The notes beneath the pieces were generated by a model. It was not told the DNA's origin and made no database searches. It saw nothing but the letters and a program-made list of their open reading frames with translations. A stretch of 62,960 nucleotides of DNA, the filler included, from Chrysochromulina tobinii (lineage: Eukaryota): NCBI GenBank assembly GCA_001275005.1. It is 4 parts of 4 records of this genome, joined end to end, with 100 filler letters (N's around TTAATTAATTAA, not from the genome) between each part and the next. Parts side by side here need not be neighbours in the genome. Positions count along the whole stretch, not along the records: positions 10,859 to 29,775 come from JWZX01001012.1; 3 more parts are not named here. One strand, written 5' to 3'. A program made the translations under genes and the position numbers. Positions 11,992-21,078 of the stretch are shown piece after piece. Each line of letters opens with the position of its first letter. Positions within the stretch are counted from its first letter, which is position 1.

Positions 11992-13980
11992 ATGACGACG
12001 AGCCACTACCGCTTCACTCTAACTGCACACCAACGAGCCGCTGGCCTCGCGCACGTCGGCACTGACGCTGCACATGGCCGGCTCTTCGAAAAGCTCGACC
12101 GCGGTGAAGGAATTAGCGTCGCCGTGCTCGGCGCCTCGGTCGCCCAGAATGGCGGATGCTTCACACAGCCAGGCCAGCGGTGCATGCTTCGGAATGGTCG
12201 CGTAAATGACACGCTATCTTGGGGAGAACCGCGCGTCCGCCAATTCAAGGGCTTCCTTGTGCGCTGGTTCGAGTGGTTGGAAACGACCTGGCCGCAGCCG
12301 CATACCCTGTACAACTCGGGGAGGGATGCCTCGTCTTTGAGCTCGCTGACGCCGTGCCTGGCAAGCCATCTTCCAAGCAATGGTGCAGATCTGTTGATCG
12401 TCGAGGCGGGCAGTATGTTCCTCTCGCACAGACCCGCCATGATTGAGCAGCTCGTGCGAGCGGTCGCCTCGATGCGAGTGCCTCCAGCTGTCGTGTTCGT
12501 CACAGTGCACGTGTGGTGCACTTTCGGCGGCAGCATTCGAAAGAAAACGGACGGCTTCAACATGCGCTCCCTGCCGTCGCGGCATTACGACTTTTTCCAA
12601 GGAGCATACGGTGCCCTTGCCAACGCCAGCGAAGCCGAGCTGACGCAGCCCGAGTTCATCCGTCAGTGGCAACGTCGAACACTCGGCGCGAATAGCACTA
12701 CCAATATGTACTGGAGACTCGTGGATGACCTCGAGGATGGCATCAATGATCTGTGCCGGCAGTACCGCATGAGCTGCGTCTCGATGCGTGACGCGCTGTC
12801 GAGCGGCTTCTACGGAGGCTGGCCTGGCTTTGAGATCGGCGACATTGCAGGTGACTGTCTGCACCCGTCGCATGGCCGCCTCGGCACAGACTACATGACC
12901 GACATGCTCGTGCACTGGACCTCCGAGGCCAGCGTGCGTGCGCGAGCCGAACGCGTGCCCGCGCTGACGAACGCCGCGGCCAAGGATGACACCGTGATTG
13001 CGCCAACCTTAGAGCGGCAAGCTCTGAAGCTCTCTTCCCCAATCGATTCCTCACCGGCGCTACCTTCACCACTTTTTCAGCGTGATTGGGAGCGCCCTGA
13101 AGGGGAGGTGGCTGCGTGTTACGCACTCAAGGATGCGGCCGCAACGTATGTGGATCATAGCCGTGGGGAAGCGCTGCTACCGTGGCGCACGGCTATTTGC
13201 TCTGAGGATGCGATTCGATCCGCTGCCAAGTCCACCCCCGGGAGATCGATGGACAGGCTGCTGTCGCTGTGCAACGCGCCGAACGCGACCTTCCCTACCC
13301 AGTGTACTACGCCAGGCTCGCGCGCTGCCCTCCCCGCTGCCACCACTTCGCCCTTGCCCACGTTGCCCACGTGGTCGTACTGCCCATATGACGAGCAGAG
13401 CCACAAGTTGTCGCCGGGCGTCTCCGCCTTCCGCGCTGGTGCTACGCTCCTCGTCGACTTGCCCACCTCATGGCTCCCGCGCTCGAATGTATCGCAGTGG
13501 ATTCCGTTCAACTTGACATTGCAATACCTTGTCTCGTGGCAGCCGGACATGGGCACCGCATGGATCAGCTGCCTTGCCCAGTGCGCGTGTGGCGAGCACA
13601 GTTCATTGGGGGCGCTTAGGCCCGAACGCCTCTCGAATGTCGGTGTCCTCTTCTCCGCTCGGCGCTTGTCCTCGGTGCGCAACGCCACCATCTTTGTGGA
13701 GAGGACCATCCCGATCCGCTTCCAAGCGCCGAGCGCAGGGCAAAGAGCCGAGTGCTTGCTTGCCATCCGGATGCAAGAGGGAGCTCATCAGGATGCTCGC
13801 GAGAAGGGGGCATCTGTCGGACAGACCGCAGAGCCTGAGGGCGAGGCACGGCCAGCCCGTTTCAAGCTTCGTGACGTGGTGCTGTCCACTCTGAGGAGCC
13901 CTTGTCAACACAAGGGCATGGCTAAGTTCCTGGCGATTCGCAACGGCCTGAAATGTGCGGACGAATCGTCGATATTGTAG
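11992..13980 (+). CDS. SGNH/GDSL-hydrolase-like protein
   Basis: Block I-like VAVLGASVAQ and block V-like GDCLHPS (DxxH) in an uninterrupted ORF of about 660 aa. Confidence 0.7.
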   Translation: MTTSHYRFTLTAHQRAAGLAHVGTDAAHGRLFEKLDRGEGISVAVLGASVAQNGGCFTQPGQRCMLRNGRVNDTLSWGEPRVRQFKGFLVRWFEWLETTWPQPHTLYNSGRDASSLSSLTPCLASHLPSNGADLLIVEAGSMFLSHRPAMIEQLVRAVASMRVPPAVVFVTVHVWCTFGGSIRKKTDGFNMRSLPSRHYDFFQGAYGALANASEAELTQPEFIRQWQRRTLGANSTTNMYWRLVDDLEDGINDLCRQYRMSCVSMRDALSSGFYGGWPGFEIGDIAGDCLHPSHGRLGTDYMTDMLVHWTSEASVRARAERVPALTNAAAKDDTVIAPTLERQALKLSSPIDSSPALPSPLFQRDWERPEGEVAACYALKDAAATYVDHSRGEALLPWRTAICSEDAIRSAAKSTPGRSMDRLLSLCNAPNATFPTQCTTPGSRAALPAATTSPLPTLPTWSYCPYDEQSHKLSPGVSAFRAGATLLVDLPTSWLPRSNVSQWIPFNLTLQYLVSWQPDMGTAWISCLAQCACGEHSSLGALRPERLSNVGVLFSARRLSSVRNATIFVERTIPIRFQAPSAGQRAECLLAIRMQEGAHQDAREKGASVGQTAEPEGEARPARFKLRDVVLSTLRSPCQHKGMAKFLAIRNGLKCADESSIL

Positions 13981-14652
13981 GCGGAGCAATGCATGAGGGT
14001 AAGACGTAAGTGCGAGCGATGCGTGCTTTGCGGGGGTTTATGAGTCGTTTCACGAATAGCGGATTGTTTACAATTGATTGTTTAATTCGATTCTTCTGTT
14101 TAGTGTTTTTCAAACTAACTGTGCGGACGCGTATCCGTAACCGTATGCCGCGCAGACGACGTAGGAACGCTGCTCGGCGAGCATGCCTCGCGAGCCGCGA
14201 ATTATCGTATGGTGCCTTTGTATCGCCACGCACGATCCATCGGGCTTCGAGGTACTTTGGCCATTCCAAAATTGGCATGGTCCGCGTCTGACTCTGAGTA
14301 CTGAGAAGTGAGAGTTGGTCCGGTCCTTGAGGTTCGCGACCGGGTCTCGGTGTCGTGTGTATGTTCAGGGTGGAGGGTGGGAAACTTCCTGTGGGGAAAC
14401 TTGTGGGTGTCCGCGCCCGGGATCCGTCGGCGTCTGTCCCGTGTGTGTCCCGGCTCCCCCCGGTGTTTTCTAACCGGGAGGGAAGTGCCGTAGCCGGGAC
14501 GGGCGGCGGTTTCGAGGATCTCCAAATCCAAATCTCCCAAGAGGTGGGTCGCCGTTGCAATTGAAATTATTGAAACACCGTGCGCGCGCCGCGCGTATCT
14601 CGACCCGTTGAAACGCCGCACACACGTCCGAGTCAGGTCCGGAGCGGTTTCA

Positions 14653-17600
14653 ATGCCGCCCATCAAACGACAGCCGAGCCAGGGGAAGGCGACACCGCCC
14701 ACCCGGAAGCCGGGCGCCGCAGATCACATCAAGCGTAATTCGATGGTTACCAATGGTGCGTCCGACGGCAAGCTCAACGAGCTCTCCAAGCTCAATGCCA
14801 CTAAGGCTGACGTGCAGACGACCAAAGAGATCCGCGAGGAGTTGGCAAGCGCGGGCGTCGATGTCCTTGCGGGCGCAGAGCTTCTGGATATGTCGCACAA
14901 GTTCGCCGAGTGGGTCAGTAACTACCGGTACAAGATGGGCAAGGATTCGCACGGATGGGGAAACCTCTTTAGAGAGTTGGACGTCGATGGATCCGGAGAC
15001 GTGACCTACGACGAGTTGCAGCGGGTGGTGCGCAAGAGGCTCGAGATCACGCCGCAACAGTTGTCGGAGCACCAGCTCAAGGCATTGTGGTGCGCGCTGG
15101 ATCCCAACGATAGCAACGACTGTAGTACGGACGAGATGGCCGCATTCTTCAAGCTCGCCGAGCGTGACACTGAGCGGTCCGGCCAGATCTACAAGCGCCA
15201 GGCCAAAAGTTTCACCGCGGCTGGCGCTGGCGACACGAAGCTGAAAGAGCTGGCCGAGCTCAACCAGCAGATAGAGTGCCAGCCAACCACTGAGATGCGC
15301 GCAGAACTTGAGCAGGCTGGCGTGGCCTTTCCCGACGACGCTGAACTGCTGTCGCTCTCGCACAAGTTCACCGAGTGGGTCGGCGAGTACCGCTACCGCG
15401 AGAGCAAGGATAACCACGGCTGGGCTAGTCTCTTCCGCGAATTTGATGAGGATGGCTCAGGATTCATCACCTGTACGATGCACTCTCACGCCGGCCGCGC
15501 TCGCGTTCCGACGCCTGCACCTGCACTCGCGCTTGTGGTGCTGACAGTTCCTGCTCCTCTCGACTCACGCCCATCCCTGTCAGATGACGAGCTCCTGGAC
15601 ACCGTGTATGGAAAGCTCCTCATCAAGAAAAAGGATATGCCCGAGGCAAACTTGAAAGCGCTGTGGTGTGTGCTCGATGCGGACGATTCGAATCAGGTGT
15701 TGGCGGACGAAATGGCTCGGTTCTTCAAGCTTGCAGAGAGGGACAAGGACTACACGGGCCCTGGCGCGAGGCGCCAGGACGCGAATTTCACCATGGCCGC
15801 ACGTGGCTTTGAGATCGATAAGGCATTTAAGGAGTTATCGAAAAATCGTGCGCTCGAGCCACCGCCAACAAAGGAGCTCAAGCAGGAAGTTGAGGCCGCT
15901 GGCGTCGCTATCCCGGCGGGTGACGAGCTGAAGGCGTGGGCTGAGAAGCTTATCAACTGGATCGAGGACTACAGGACCGATCAGCAGCTCGGTGTGTCGC
16001 ACTCGTGGAACAATCTTTTCCGCACCGTCGACGAGGACGGCTCTGGCTTTGTGACCTTCGACGAGCTGCTGAGATGCGTCCGTGGTCGGTTGCGCGTCCG
16101 GCCCAAGATGATGTCGGACTTGAAGGTGAAGGCAGTATTTTGCGCTCTGGACTTGGACGAGTCCAACCAGGTTCTCGCGGATGAGTTCGCAAAGTTCTTG
16201 AAGCTTGGCGAGCATGTGCTTGAGGAGCGCCAGAAGGCCGGGCTGACAGCGCGAAAATGGAGCACGAGTGGCGCCGGCGACGAGAAGTTGAAGGAGCTCG
16301 CCCAGATGAACATGGAGCTCGACTGCACGCCAACGAAGACTCTGCGCCAGGAGCTCGAGGCAAAGGGTATTGAGTTACCCGACGAAGATACGCTGAATGT
16401 GCTGTCAGTAAAGATCACCACCTGGCTCGAGGACTATCGATTGAAGCAACGACTTGGCGAGGCGACGGGCTACGGTGTTCTCTTCAGAACGATCGACGAG
16501 GATGGCTCAGGGTTTGTTACATACGACGAGCTGTACAACGTGCTACGTATCAAGCTGGGCATTCGGCAGAAGACCATGGCAGAGGACCTCATCAAGGCGC
16601 TGTGGTGTTCGCTCGATCTCGACGACTCGAACCAGGTGATGGCAGATGAGATGGCGAAATTCCTCCGCCGCGCTGAGAAGCATGGAGTCAAGGCCCCGGG
16701 CCTCAAGCAGTGGAAGTCCGGACACAAGAAGAGCGCAGCGGACGATTATAAGGAGTTGGCTGAGGCCGGCATCAAGGTTACACCAACGCTTGAGATTCGG
16801 CAGGAGCTCGACGCCCTAGGCATTGAGTTGCCAGGGGATAAGCAGCTGACCGAGTTGGCCAAGAACCTCACACAGTGGCTCAAGGACTATCGTCAAAAGG
16901 AGCGGCTGGGCGACGGCGGTGGCGGCTGGCACGTCTTGTTCAGGACGATCGACAGAGATGGATCTGGTTACGTCACCTACGACGAGCTGGTGGACGCGAT
17001 CCGTTCGAAGCTCAACATTAAGAAATCGGTCATGTCGGAAAATAGCATCAAGGCATTGTGGTGCACGCTGGACTTAGACAACAACAACCAGGTCGTGGCA
17101 GAAGAGATGGCCAGATTCCTCCGCCGCGCCGAGGTGAAACAAGTTCGGAAGAACGTGAGCACGATCGTTCGGCCGAGCTCACGCGAGGGCCAGCGGGCGG
17201 GCGCCCCCGCCGCCGCTCCTGCCCCAGCACCGACTCCTGCTCAGGAAACTCCAACGACCACATCGCCAGCAAAGGCAAAGGCCATCTACCCGCCCCTGGA
17301 GCGTCCGCTCGTGCCACCGGTTGGCAAGGGCATGCCCGAGAAGCCGAGCATTGTGCGCCGCAGGCTCATGGCAGCCGTTTTCAGCACAGACGGCCGCTCC
17401 AAGTCACCTCAGCGACAGGTTGAGGCGCAGTTCTTGATGTCCGATTACAACGCTAAGTACAAGCGCCGCATGCTCAACGAGATGCGGCAGACGCTGCTCT
17501 CCACGCCGATCCCCGAGGATAATGGCAGCCGGATTGGTGGCGGCCGGGTGCTGCCACTGTACGAGTCGGAGCGTCTCATTAGGAAGATGGAGCTCCGGGA

Positions 17601-17820
17601 TAACACGACGCTGGCGCAGTGGCAGTGGCCGAACCCGTCGGTCTTCAATAAGCGCGGCATGACGGCTTCAGCGAGTGCCGTGAGCCTCAGCCGACCTTCC
17701 TCTACCTACTTTACTGAGTTCATGGGCCGAGGAGACGTGGTGCCCACTCCGTCTCGACCCAAAACGGCGCTGGAGGCAGCGTTCACCCTTCAGACAAGCG
17801 CCTCGGCTGCCGCATTTTGA
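14653..17820 (+). CDS. Multi-EF-hand Ca2+-binding protein (5 repeats x 2 EF-hands); intron 15473-15583
   Basis: Loops DVDGSGDVTYDE, DEDGSGFITYDE (after splicing), DEDGSGFVTFDE, DEDGSGFVTYDE and DRDGSGYVTYDE, each paired with a DxDxSNQVxADE-type loop. Confidence 0.9.
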   Translation: MPPIKRQPSQGKATPPTRKPGAADHIKRNSMVTNGASDGKLNELSKLNATKADVQTTKEIREELASAGVDVLAGAELLDMSHKFAEWVSNYRYKMGKDSHGWGNLFRELDVDGSGDVTYDELQRVVRKRLEITPQQLSEHQLKALWCALDPNDSNDCSTDEMAAFFKLAERDTERSGQIYKRQAKSFTAAGAGDTKLKELAELNQQIECQPTTEMRAELEQAGVAFPDDAELLSLSHKFTEWVGEYRYRESKDNHGWASLFREFDEDGSGFITCTMHSHAGRARVPTPAPALALVVLTVPAPLDSRPSLSDDELLDTVYGKLLIKKKDMPEANLKALWCVLDADDSNQVLADEMARFFKLAERDKDYTGPGARRQDANFTMAARGFEIDKAFKELSKNRALEPPPTKELKQEVEAAGVAIPAGDELKAWAEKLINWIEDYRTDQQLGVSHSWNNLFRTVDEDGSGFVTFDELLRCVRGRLRVRPKMMSDLKVKAVFCALDLDESNQVLADEFAKFLKLGEHVLEERQKAGLTARKWSTSGAGDEKLKELAQMNMELDCTPTKTLRQELEAKGIELPDEDTLNVLSVKITTWLEDYRLKQRLGEATGYGVLFRTIDEDGSGFVTYDELYNVLRIKLGIRQKTMAEDLIKALWCSLDLDDSNQVMADEMAKFLRRAEKHGVKAPGLKQWKSGHKKSAADDYKELAEAGIKVTPTLEIRQELDALGIELPGDKQLTELAKNLTQWLKDYRQKERLGDGGGGWHVLFRTIDRDGSGYVTYDELVDAIRSKLNIKKSVMSENSIKALWCTLDLDNNNQVVAEEMARFLRRAEVKQVRKNVSTIVRPSSREGQRAGAPAAAPAPAPTPAQETPTTTSPAKAKAIYPPLERPLVPPVGKGMPEKPSIVRRRLMAAVFSTDGRSKSPQRQVEAQFLMSDYNAKYKRRMLNEMRQTLLSTPIPEDNGSRIGGGRVLPLYESERLIRKMELRDNTTLAQWQWPNPSVFNKRGMTASASAVSLSRPSSTYFTEFMGRGDVVPTPSRPKTALEAAFTLQTSASAAAF

Positions 17821-18777
17821 CGATCATGAACGACGTGCTGCACATGATTGGCTCTTAGATGAGGCACGAGCATTGACGGTGCCGATCATGCGCTGAGCGC
17901 TGAGTTGTGTGTGGTATGCACTACCATGAGCACGTGATGCGCGGGATGGCTTGTGTTGAGTGTATGATGCATGTGGCGAGCGCGATGATGAATGCTGTGT
18001 GACGTGGTGAGGCTGCGCGATGATCTTATGGGTGGGTGGCAGGTGCGAGTGCGCAGGCCGTCCTGTGCGGCCTTTGGCCGCGGCGGTCCACACCAGTGGA
18101 TGGTGGAGCGCGCAGTCGGAACAGGTGACCTCTCGACGTCACAGTGACCGGACCTGAGCGGAGCCGGAGCTGAAGGGCAAGGGGTGCGAAACGAATGAAG
18201 CGTGCACAGCGCGGTCCGTAGCGCACAGGCCCGACACGCCGCCACACGGATGCGACATCATGTCACAATGTCACAGTGTCTCGCGTCGTTGATGATCCGA
18301 TTGGATGCGATGCCGATCGGATGCGCGATGGCTCGGTCTGGCGCTCGGCTCGGACGGTGACGCTCCGGGTCCGGCCGGGCCATGACGTGCGAGCTGCGAC
18401 GTGGATCGTGGTTCGGCCCCTGGCGCGGGTGCGAGCCTCGTGCGTCGAGGAGATACCATCTAAGGTTCTTAAATAAGGAGGGGACGGGAACACATAGGAT
18501 TTCGCCGGCCATGTCGCATGTGCATGTCCCACCGGTGCTTTGACTGCTGTACGCGGTACTTCCGTACTTGCGTACTAACCTGACCGACGGTCTCGCAGGG
18601 CCTCACGCGTCACGGGGCGCAACGCGCCACGCCTCGCGTCGTGACGAGATGCGGGGCGCGCAGGGTGAACGCGCTATCTCCGGTCTCCTCCACACGGCAC
18701 GCAGACACGCGCACCGGCGCATCGTCCAGGCACTCGACTACAGAACAGATCGCTGTACGCTTTGACTCGCGAACACA

Positions 18778-19851
18778 TTACCATCCGTATTTTGCGGCCG
18801 TCTCTTTCTTCGACTTCATGCTCTTCGAGCTCCGGAGCGCCACGTCGCTCGCCTGTGCTGCCGCCTGCGCCGCGAGCGAGTTGATCTGGTGCTTGCGCTT
18901 CTGCAGTGAAGAGGGCTGGTACTGCTGCACCACGTCGCCGGAGGTGCGGCTCCAAAAATTGGCCGCGATTTTGGTCTCTTGCGGCGGCGGCGGCGCAACG
19001 AAGTCGTACTGGCGCGACTGGCCGATGATCTTCCGGAGCGCTGCCGGATCAACGTCGACAACCCGGCCATTGCTCAGGTCGTAGCCGCCGTAGCCCGCGA
19101 CCGCCTCGTCGTACCCCTCCACGGCACTGTCAAGGCTGTCGACGGGCGGGCCGCGCGCTGGGCCTGCTGGCACGTCGTACGAGAGTCCGACGTCCGGCGC
19201 GGCCGTGAGCGCAGCCGAGGACAGTCCAGTGCATGCGGGCGGCGCGCTCTCGTAGAGGCTCGTGTGCACCGTCGGACGCAGCAGCTGCGGCGCGGCCGTG
19301 GGCGCCGCTAGCTGACTGCCACTCGCGTGGGCATATGGCTCGTCAGCCGCGGTCGTCAGTCCCGGTTCCTCCACAGCCCAGGTGGCGCCACTAGGACCGG
19401 CGCCGCCGATTTCGGCCGGAGATGCCGATGGCGCAGCCGCTGCGGCCGACGCCTTGCGCACGAGCGGTTTCGCATTTGCAAAGAGCGAGCTCGCACTCTT
19501 CACCCCGACCTTGCCAGCATTCTTGGGTGCGGGAAGGAGCGAAGACAGCGCCGACCAGCCGCCGCCGCCCTTCGGAGCGCTTTTGCCGGCATCGGGCTCG
19601 ATTGCCGCGGGTCCTCTGTCGAAAAAGTCCGCAGGCAGCTTCGCCGCCTCCTCAAAGGGCAGGGCCACATCGTGCTTTTGCAGCAGCGCTTGCAAGTCGA
19701 CCTCCTTGCGGGGCCTCTTTGCTGGGGGGGCCGCGGTTAGAAGAGAGGTAGATGCAGCTGGTGGTGCCACAGGCACGGCCGGCGGCGCGCTGTCGGCGCC
19801 CGGCTCGTCGTCCTCACTGTCGGAGTAGGCGACCAAAGACCCTTTCTTCAT
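18778..19851 (-). CDS. PRCC: PRCC-like proline-rich protein
   Basis: N-terminal SLVAYSDSE and the diagnostic C-terminus KRKHQINSLA...KKETAAKYGW. Confidence 0.85.
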   Translation of the reverse strand: MKKGSLVAYSDSEDDEPGADSAPPAVPVAPPAASTSLLTAAPPAKRPRKEVDLQALLQKHDVALPFEEAAKLPADFFDRGPAAIEPDAGKSAPKGGGGWSALSSLLPAPKNAGKVGVKSASSLFANAKPLVRKASAAAAAPSASPAEIGGAGPSGATWAVEEPGLTTAADEPYAHASGSQLAAPTAAPQLLRPTVHTSLYESAPPACTGLSSAALTAAPDVGLSYDVPAGPARGPPVDSLDSAVEGYDEAVAGYGGYDLSNGRVVDVDPAALRKIIGQSRQYDFVAPPPPQETKIAANFWSRTSGDVVQQYQPSSLQKRKHQINSLAAQAAAQASDVALRSSKSMKSKKETAAKYGW

Positions 19852-19982
19852 GTTTCTCGCTCTTTTCACAAAAAGGTCAGCTCAATAATCGTGAAGAAAG
19901 CGGTCAGCCAGAAACGCTGCCAAGAGCGATGAGGAGTCTCACTCGCTCTCAGATCACCCTGACGAAGAGGTCAGACGCGAGT

Positions 19983-20924
19983 TCACATGTAGCGCCACAA
20001 GCACTCCCGATATTGTTGGTCGGGCGTGGAGTGAAGGTGGGTCGAGTCGTCGCTCAACCAAATCTCGCGCCCGCGTCCATAGAGAGGGCGCAGCACATAC
20101 TCCTCTGGGATGGGCTCCGGTGGGGGATCGAAGCGCTCGTACTCGACCACCGCGCCGTGCGTCTCGCCCTGCGTCGGGCGCAGCGGGTGGGAGAGCTTCA
20201 CGTGCGACGAGAAGACGCCGCCGCCCTCGTACCCATTCCGGCGTGGGAAGCCGAGCAGCACCGTGAGGCTCGAGATGCCTGCGTCCTGGTGCCAGCTGTG
20301 CTGCACGCGTCGCTGAAGTGGCACGATGTCGATGAGCGATCCGTGCGGCCGCGAGCCGCACAGCGCGCCCAAGCCAAGGACAAAGTCTCGTCCGTTGAGG
20401 TCTAGGCCGTGTGCCTGAAAGGCTGCCGTGAACGCCGCGCACGCATCTCCAGCAGTGGCCGCACGTCGCCAGCTGACCATGCACGCCGCATCCAGCCCTG
20501 TAGCCGCGGCGTATTGCTTCTCGCTCCATGCCGCTGGCACCGTCGGCAAGAACAAGTCTTGCCTCAACGCATATCGCAGTGCTGTGCGGAGCTCAGAGTT
20601 GCCTTCCCACGCCTCGCCGAGGCCGACGCCAGGGAACACGTCGTCTAGTGAAGCATGATAGCCGTGTGAGGTGCACGCCGGCGCACCAGGTAATCGCAGA
20701 CGCGGAGGCACGTCCCAGACTGGCACGTCCTCCACCTCTGTGCCAGGCAGCACAATTGGTGCTGCGGCCGCAGGACCAGGCGCGGGCTGAGCACTCCGTG
20801 CGGGTCGTCTCGTGCGACCCTTGCGCATGGCGTTAAGCTTGGCGGCAACTGCATCATCAGTAAGCGGTACGTTCGCGCAGGCGCCTGCGACGGCTGTGGC
20901 AGCGGAGAACACAATAACTCGCAT
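19983..20924 (-). CDS. Putative Fe(II)/2-oxoglutarate dioxygenase-like protein with N-terminal targeting peptide
   Basis: Hydrophobic N-terminus MRVIVFSAATAVAG; HxD motif (WHQDAG), a distal His (HLHSTP) and a downstream Arg. Confidence 0.55.
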   Translation of the reverse strand: MRVIVFSAATAVAGACANVPLTDDAVAAKLNAMRKGRTRRPARSAQPAPGPAAAAPIVLPGTEVEDVPVWDVPPRLRLPGAPACTSHGYHASLDDVFPGVGLGEAWEGNSELRTALRYALRQDLFLPTVPAAWSEKQYAAATGLDAACMVSWRRAATAGDACAAFTAAFQAHGLDLNGRDFVLGLGALCGSRPHGSLIDIVPLQRRVQHSWHQDAGISSLTVLLGFPRRNGYEGGGVFSSHVKLSHPLRPTQGETHGAVVEYERFDPPPEPIPEEYVLRPLYGRGREIWLSDDSTHLHSTPDQQYRECLWRYM

Positions 20925-21078
20925 CGAGGTGTCCGATCGCATCGAAAAATGCGATTTCGTCACCTCGTCAGCTCAGAACGACGCTTTTTCGACCGCTGAC
21001 ACACGAAACACTGCCAAACAGGGGTCGTGAACACGTTTATTTGACCGCGGCCACGGCCGCGGTAGTGCACTGCATCGC

